NCBI GenBank assembly: GCA_039190745.1
Contig: JBCCXZ010000014.1
Location: 186-64,185, forward strand
Source of the DNA: Planctomycetota bacterium
GTDB taxonomy: Bacteria > Planctomycetota > Planctomycetia > Pirellulales > Lacipirellulaceae
Length of the DNA stretch: 64,000 nt
Direction: 5' to 3'
Below, in pieces: positions 58,867 to 64,000 of this stretch (position 1 is the stretch's first letter; each line of letters opens with the position of its first letter). The notes below the pieces were generated by a model. That model ran no database searches. It had not been told where the DNA came from and saw nothing but the letters and a program-made list of their open reading frames with translations. Both the position numbers and the translations under genes were made by a program.

Positions 58867-61800
58867 ATGCCAACGGACATGAGCACCGGCTCACCACGTT
58901 CTTCGAACGAAGCTCGGCAGGGGCGGCTGCTCTCTCCGAGCTTTGTTGGTTTGCTGGTGACGCAGTTTCTGGGCGCGGCCAACGACAATATCCTGCGTTG
59001 GTTGGTCATCGGGGTCGGCAAGCAGTACGTCTCTGAGGAGAGTGCGGCGACGATCCTCTCGCTCGGCAGCGCGGCGTTCGTGCTGCCCTACGTCTTGCTG
59101 GCCGCCCCGGCCGGGTATCTGGCGGACCGCTTCCCGAAGCGGAACGTGATCGTCGGCTGCAAGGCGGCCGAGTTCGCCATCATGGTGTTGGCCGTGCTCT
59201 CGGTGGTGCTAGGAAGCGTGACGCTCATGCTGACGGTCGTGGCCCTGATGGGCGCACAGAGCGCGTTGTTCGGCCCGGCGAAGTTTGGCAGCATCCCCGA
59301 GATTGTGAGCGAGTCGCGCATCTCGTCGGCCAACGGCGTGATGGAGCTGGTCACGGTGGTCGGCATCACGCTGGGGACGGTGGTCGGCAACTGGCTGGCT
59401 GCCGCGACGGGCGTGAAGGGGCAGGAGCAGTGGTGGCTGATCCCGATCGTGCTGCTTTCGGTTGCGGGCGTCGGGTTCCTGGCGAGCCTGATGCTGCGTC
59501 GGGGGCCGATCGCGGACCCGACGCGACCCTTCCCGTGGGACGCCGCGCGCCAGACGGTGCGCGATCTGCGGACATTGGCCGCCGACAGGGCGATGCTCCG
59601 AGTGGCGCTTGGGCTGATGTTCTTCTGGTCGCTGGCGATGCTCGCGAGCGTGAATATCGACCAATTCGCCTTCCAGGGCGGAGCGACCAGCCAGACGCAG
59701 GTGGCCCCGTTGTTGGTCGGATTGGTTGTGGGGCTCGGCGTGGGGAGCGTGCTGGCCGGCTATTGGTCGAGCGGCCGGGTGGAGCTGGGGATCCTCCCGC
59801 TGGGCGCCGGCGGCGTCGCCTTCTGTGCGGTGATGCTGTTCACGGTCGAAGGCGAGTTGGTGAGCCCCAGCGAGGACTGGACGTTCAGCTTCTTCCTGGC
59901 GATCGCCTTCCTGGGGGGGCTGGGGATTTTCGCGGGGCTGTTCAACGTGCCGCTGCTGGCCTATGTGCAGCGGTACAGTCCGCCAGACAAGCGGGGTTCG
60001 ATCCTGGCCGCGAACAACTTCCTGACCTTCGCGGGGATGCTGGTCGCCTCGGGCGCCTTTCAGGTGATGAGCAACCGTCCGCTGAATTGGTCTGCCCGTG
60101 AAATCTTTCTCGTGTGCGGCGTGATGACCGTGCCGGTGATGATTTACATCCTGGTGCTGATCCCGCAGGCGTCGCTGCGTTTCTTGGCGTGGTTGGTGAC
60201 GCACACGGCCTACAAGGTACGGGTTCATTTTCGCGAGCGGTTGCCGGAGGAGGGGGCGGCGCTGCTCGCGCCGAACCACGTCTCGTGGCTGGACGGTTTA
60301 TTCTTGGTGGCGATCTCCCCGCGGCCGGTGCGTCTAGTCGTGTCGGGCGACCTGGTGTCGAGCTGGTGGTCGCGGGGGCTGGCCCGGATCATGGAGGCCA
60401 TCCCGGTGCCGAAGTCTCCGAAGGCGGCGCGGGCCGCGATCGAGACGGCCCGGCAGGCGCTGCGCAACGGGGAGCTGGTTTGCATCTTCCCCGAAGGGGG
60501 CATCACGTCGTCGGGCCAGCTGCAGGCCTTCCGCCCGGGCAGCCTGGAGATTCTGCGAGGGACGGGCGCGCCGCTGGTGCCGGTCTACCTCGACGAGTTG
60601 TGGGGCAGTATCTTTACGTACCGCACGGGCCGCTTTACGTGGAAGAGGCCGCGGGTGTGGTCGCGGAGCGTTTCGGTCTGGTTTGGCCGGCACATACTGA
60701 AGCCGGAGAGTATTCATCAGGTCCGGCAGGCGGTGCAGGACCTCGGGGCCGAGGCGGTGGCAGGAAGGAAGTCGAGGGCGATGGTGTTGCCGAGGCTGAT
60801 GCTGCGGAAGTGCCGGAAGGCAATGTTCCGCAAGAAGATTGCCGATTCGAGCGGCGCGGAACTGACCGGCGGGGAACTGCTGACGCGCACCCTGGTCCTG
60901 CGGCGGCTGTTGCTGCGTGAGCTGCTCGAGCCCGACGAGAAGTACGTCGGCGTGCTGCTGCCGCCCTCGGTGGCGGGCGTGGTGGTGAACGCGGCGGTGA
61001 CGCTCGCCGGGCGGGTTTCGGCGAACCTGAACTACACCACCAGCAGCGAGGTGCTCAACAAGTGCATCCAGACCGCCGGCATCCGCCGGGTGCTCACGAG
61101 CCGGCGGGTGATGGACAAGCTGGACCTGGAGATCGACGTCGAGGTCGTGTACCTCGAGGACTTCCGCGAGAAGGTGACCAAGGCGGACAAGGCGATCTGC
61201 GCCGCGCTGGCGTTTGCGACGCCGCTGGTGCTACTGGAGCGGATCGTCGGCGTGAGCCGCATGAGCGGCGACGACGAGCTGACGGTGATCTTCACCTCCG
61301 GCTCGACCGGCACGCCGAAGGGCGTCGTGTTGACGCAGCACAACATCGGCTCGAACGTCGAGGCGATCGACCAGGTGGTTCACCTGCGGAGCGACGACAC
61401 GCTGTTGGGGATCTTGCCGTTCTTCCACTCGTTTGGCTACACGGTGACGTTGTGGACGGTGCTGGGGCTCGACCTGCGGTGCGCGTACCACTTCACGCCG
61501 CTGGACGCGAAGCAGGTGGGTAAGCTGTGCCGGGAGCAGGACGTGACCGTGATGCTCTCGACGCCTACCTTCCTGCGGAGCTACTTGCGCCGTTGCGAAA
61601 GAGAAGACTTCGCGAAGATGGAGATCGTGGTCGCGGGCGCGGAGAAGTTGCCGAGCTCGTTGTGCGACGCCTTTGAGGAGAAGTTCGGGGTGCGGCCGGT
61701 GGAGGGCTACGGGGTGACGGAGCTCTCGCCGTTGGTGTCGGTGAACGTGCCGCCGCGGCGTTCGCAGACCGACGACGTCGACTGCAAGGAAGGGAGCGTC

Positions 61801-62367
61801 GGGCGCCCCGTGCCGGGCGTGACGGCGAAGATCGTCGACCCCGACACGGGCGAGGACATCCCGATCGGCGAGCCGGGCATGCTGCTGGTCAAAGGCCCCA
61901 ACGTGATGCGCGGCTACATGGGTATGCCGGAAAAGACGGCGGAGGTAGTCCGCGAGGGCTGGTACGTGACGGGCGACATCGCGCGGATCGACAAGCTGGG
62001 CTTCATCGAGATTACGGGCCGGCTGAGCCGGTTCTCGAAGATCGGCGGCGAGATGGTGCCGCACGTGAATATCGAAGAGGCGGTGCAGACGTTTGTCCAA
62101 GGGGAGGACGACGAAGAGGTCCGTGCGGTCGTGACGGCGGTGCCCGACCCGAAGAAGGGCGAGCGGCTCGTAGTGATGCACCTGCCGATCGAGAAGACCC
62201 CGCAGGAGGTCTGCGACCACCTCGCCACGCTGGGGTTGCCGAACCTCTGGATCCCCGGCCGGGACAGCTTCATGGAGGTCGACTCGATCCCGCTGCTGGG
62301 CACGGGCAAGCTCGACCTGAAGGGCCTGTCGGACCTGGCGAAGGAGCGTTTCGCGCCGGCGAGTTGA
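58867..62367 (+). CDS. aas: triple fusion: MFS lysophospholipid transporter (LplT-like) + PlsC-type acyltransferase + acyl-ACP synthetase (Aas-like)
   Basis: About 12 TM helices at the N-terminus; acyltransferase HX4D (PNHVSWLDG) and FPEGG; AMP-binding motifs TSGSTGTPKGV, GYGVTE, TGDIARIDKLGFIEITGRL. Confidence 0.9.
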   Translation: MPTDMSTGSPRSSNEARQGRLLSPSFVGLLVTQFLGAANDNILRWLVIGVGKQYVSEESAATILSLGSAAFVLPYVLLAAPAGYLADRFPKRNVIVGCKAAEFAIMVLAVLSVVLGSVTLMLTVVALMGAQSALFGPAKFGSIPEIVSESRISSANGVMELVTVVGITLGTVVGNWLAAATGVKGQEQWWLIPIVLLSVAGVGFLASLMLRRGPIADPTRPFPWDAARQTVRDLRTLAADRAMLRVALGLMFFWSLAMLASVNIDQFAFQGGATSQTQVAPLLVGLVVGLGVGSVLAGYWSSGRVELGILPLGAGGVAFCAVMLFTVEGELVSPSEDWTFSFFLAIAFLGGLGIFAGLFNVPLLAYVQRYSPPDKRGSILAANNFLTFAGMLVASGAFQVMSNRPLNWSAREIFLVCGVMTVPVMIYILVLIPQASLRFLAWLVTHTAYKVRVHFRERLPEEGAALLAPNHVSWLDGLFLVAISPRPVRLVVSGDLVSSWWSRGLARIMEAIPVPKSPKAARAAIETARQALRNGELVCIFPEGGITSSGQLQAFRPGSLEILRGTGAPLVPVYLDELWGSIFTYRTGRFTWKRPRVWSRSVSVWFGRHILKPESIHQVRQAVQDLGAEAVAGRKSRAMVLPRLMLRKCRKAMFRKKIADSSGAELTGGELLTRTLVLRRLLLRELLEPDEKYVGVLLPPSVAGVVVNAAVTLAGRVSANLNYTTSSEVLNKCIQTAGIRRVLTSRRVMDKLDLEIDVEVVYLEDFREKVTKADKAICAALAFATPLVLLERIVGVSRMSGDDELTVIFTSGSTGTPKGVVLTQHNIGSNVEAIDQVVHLRSDDTLLGILPFFHSFGYTVTLWTVLGLDLRCAYHFTPLDAKQVGKLCREQDVTVMLSTPTFLRSYLRRCEREDFAKMEIVVAGAEKLPSSLCDAFEEKFGVRPVEGYGVTELSPLVSVNVPPRRSQTDDVDCKEGSVGRPVPGVTAKIVDPDTGEDIPIGEPGMLLVKGPNVMRGYMGMPEKTAEVVREGWYVTGDIARIDKLGFIEITGRLSRFSKIGGEMVPHVNIEEAVQTFVQGEDDEEVRAVVTAVPDPKKGERLVVMHLPIEKTPQEVCDHLATLGLPNLWIPGRDSFMEVDSIPLLGTGKLDLKGLSDLAKERFAPAS

Positions 62368-62373
62368 GGCGGT

Positions 62374-63258
62374 CTACCGCCGGGTTGCGGTCGCCGATTG
62401 CCCGAGACGGGAGCGGGCCAATTCGGCGTCGCGGCTGGCCAGCAGCAGCCGTTGCAGCTCGCGGCGCTGCCCGACGGAGACGCCGGGGAGTTCGGCTGCG
62501 AGGCTGTTGAGGTTTGCGTACCGAACCTGCGCGGCCTGGGACATCTGCCCGATGAAGTGGACCGAGTCGACAAAGTTCTTGTCGGCCATCTTGCCGAGCA
62601 GCGGGTGGGCGGCCTTGGCGAGCAGCTGCACGCTCGCGTTGTTCAGCCGGATAAACGAATCGAGCCGGGCGGCGACGTAGGTCTTGCTGTCGGTCTCGGT
62701 GATCGATCCGGAGCGGAAGAGGAACACGCCCTCGGCGGTGAGCGGCTTGCGGAAGGGGCGGCCGCTGTAGGAGGCGTCGGCGAACAGGACGATCCGGTTC
62801 TGGGCTCCAGGCTTGCATTGCTGCTCGACGATGCGGAGCACGCCGCTGGTGCCGTAGCCGTCTTCGAAGCGGAAGACGCCGTCGCCGGTTCGGTCGAGCC
62901 GCACCTGCGTGATGCCGAGCTGCCGCCAGACCGCGACGAGCGCGTCGGGGTTGGTCGAGAGGAAGGTGAACAGGTCGGGGTGGCACTCGACCGCCTCAGT
63001 GGGCAGCCGGCGGTAGAGCGAGGGCCGTTCCACAACCTTCCGGACGCGTGCACGGTAGGCGGGAAAAACGCGGTCGAAGGGGATCGCCCCGGCGGCTTCG
63101 TTCCGGCAGCGTCGCGAGGTGGTGGCCTCGTGCCGCGTATCTTCAGCGGCCGCGGCGTACTGGCTGCCAGCAGCGAGCAGCAACGCCGTGGCGGCTCCGC
63201 AGAGCCACCGCGATCGACCGCGCACCATATGCGCGCGGGTCCCCCCGATTCGTAACAT
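62374..63258 (-). CDS. hypothetical secreted protein (about 284-294 aa)
   Basis: Natural composition compared with the Arg/Gly/Ala-rich plus-strand mirror ORF; signal-like WLCGAATALLLAAGSQYAAAA. Start may be the internal ATG at 63228. Confidence 0.6.
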   Translation of the reverse strand: MLRIGGTRAHMVRGRSRWLCGAATALLLAAGSQYAAAAEDTRHEATTSRRCRNEAAGAIPFDRVFPAYRARVRKVVERPSLYRRLPTEAVECHPDLFTFLSTNPDALVAVWRQLGITQVRLDRTGDGVFRFEDGYGTSGVLRIVEQQCKPGAQNRIVLFADASYSGRPFRKPLTAEGVFLFRSGSITETDSKTYVAARLDSFIRLNNASVQLLAKAAHPLLGKMADKNFVDSVHFIGQMSQAAQVRYANLNSLAAELPGVSVGQRRELQRLLLASRDAELARSRLGQSATATRR

Positions 63259-63482
63259 GCATCCCCCCTGTCGCGTCGCCCGCCGGTCGGTTCGCCGACC
63301 GGTTAGGCTTTGACGGTCAGAGAGAGTTTTCGGCGTTTGGGGCCGCGGGTCTGAAGCGAATTCGGTCGGCCGCAGTCCCCTGCTAGCGTTGCAGGCGTGG
63401 CGTCGGCCTTGCTGCGATCCGGGCGTTACCTCAGAATCTGGCCGCTTCTGTCTTCTCTGAACGCACTGGGAAGGACGCCGCG

Positions 63483-64000
63483 ATGCGGTCTACGGGATTC
63501 GGCACGACGCTGTGGCGCGCCTGTGTGGTCGGGGCGTTGGTCTGCGCCGCGGTTGCAGCGTCGCCAACGCTGGTGGCCTGGCACCGTGCTGGGCTGGCAC
63601 GCGGCCTAGCGGAAGAGCTCCCGGCCCAGGAAGCTGCTCAAGCGAAGCGTACGGTCCGGAGGATCGCGGCGCTCGACCTCGCTGGGCTGCCGCAACTGTT
63701 GGACGCTGCGGCTTCGCCGCGTGAAGCGGTTGCTAGAGAAGCCCGCGTTTCGCTGAGCAGGATGCTTGCTGCGTGGCAGTCGAGGTACGCCGGTGAGCCT
63801 TTGGGCGAGCGGCTGACGGCGTTGATCGTTGGCGTCGAACAGCGGGTTGAGCAGATGAGCGACTCCGGCCGTGGGTGGGCGGAGCTGACCGCGCTGCGGG
63901 TCGTAGAACTGGCAGACCAGGTGCCTGCGAGGCAATCGGCTGTGTTGGTCCAGGCCGGCGGTCAGGTGCTTGCCGCAACACCGCCCAGCGGGCCGCGGCT
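63483..64000 (+). CDS. hypothetical membrane-anchored protein, N-terminal fragment (continues past window)
   Basis: ATG at 63483 opens a stop-free frame to the window end (my own translation: MRSTGFGTTLWRACVVGALVCAAVAASPTLVAW...). GC-rich third positions; not in the ORF track because no stop is reached. Confidence 0.4.
   Translation, partial: MRSTGFGTTLWRACVVGALVCAAVAASPTLVAWHRAGLARGLAEELPAQEAAQAKRTVRRIAALDLAGLPQLLDAAASPREAVAREARVSLSRMLAAWQSRYAGEPLGERLTALIVGVEQRVEQMSDSGRGWAELTALRVVELADQVPARQSAVLVQAGGQVLAATPPSGPR

Overview
GC-rich bacterial chromosomal window. The protein repertoire suggests a Planctomycetota (Pirellulales-like) genome: PEP-CTERM proteins, DUF1080, a BlaI/BlaR1 pair, a giant CheB/CheR-PAS hybrid kinase, TAT-signal TIM-barrel isomerase and many small membrane proteins. 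This taxonomic call is inference only. All calls come from reading the supplied ORF translations and the DNA by eye; no searches were run, so start codons and family names are motif-level judgements.

Layout:
- 1-10.3 kb: respiratory complex I operon in the order nuoC-D-H-J-K-L-M-N. nuoE/F/G and nuoI are absent from their usual positions. NuoH, L, M and N are all oversized.
- 10.3-35.9 kb: housekeeping and sensory genes. These include TatD, a HEAT lipoprotein, an unusual Cys-rich repeat protein, VOC, M42 peptidase, RsgA, an FHA protein, a PEP-CTERM protein, BlaI/BlaR1, an RCK K+ channel, a membrane CXXCH sensor-like protein, RNase P RNA, a 1352-aa CheB/CheR hybrid kinase, a divergently transcribed CsrA-receiver fusion, a cytochrome c multidomain protein and an ABC-F ATPase.
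- 35,962-46,227: a 10.3-kb integrated element bounded by perfect 24-bp direct repeats at the 3' end of tRNA-Val(TAC). It carries an integrase, excisionase/AlpA-type HTH proteins, a DnaB-N/AAA replicase followed by an iteron and palindrome cluster, an HNH nuclease, an HK97-type major capsid protein and a tape measure protein. No terminase, portal, protease or tail genes are visible, so the layout resembles a phage satellite.
- 46.3-64 kb: membrane and CXXCH proteins, a Ser/Thr kinase, a thioredoxin/FG-GAP protein, Icd, a second PEP-CTERM protein, TauE, HemB, prepilin peptidase, DUF1080, an LplT-acyltransferase-acyl-ACP synthetase triple fusion and two hypothetical proteins.

Top second-look items are the satellite-like element with its candidate ori, the CsrA-DHp-like-REC fusion next to the hybrid kinase, the secreted Cys-rich CACPEPG-repeat protein, the reduced complex I cluster with a His-rich NuoL insert, and short tandem repeats placed exactly at gene boundaries. 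No CRISPR array, rRNA or transposase was seen.
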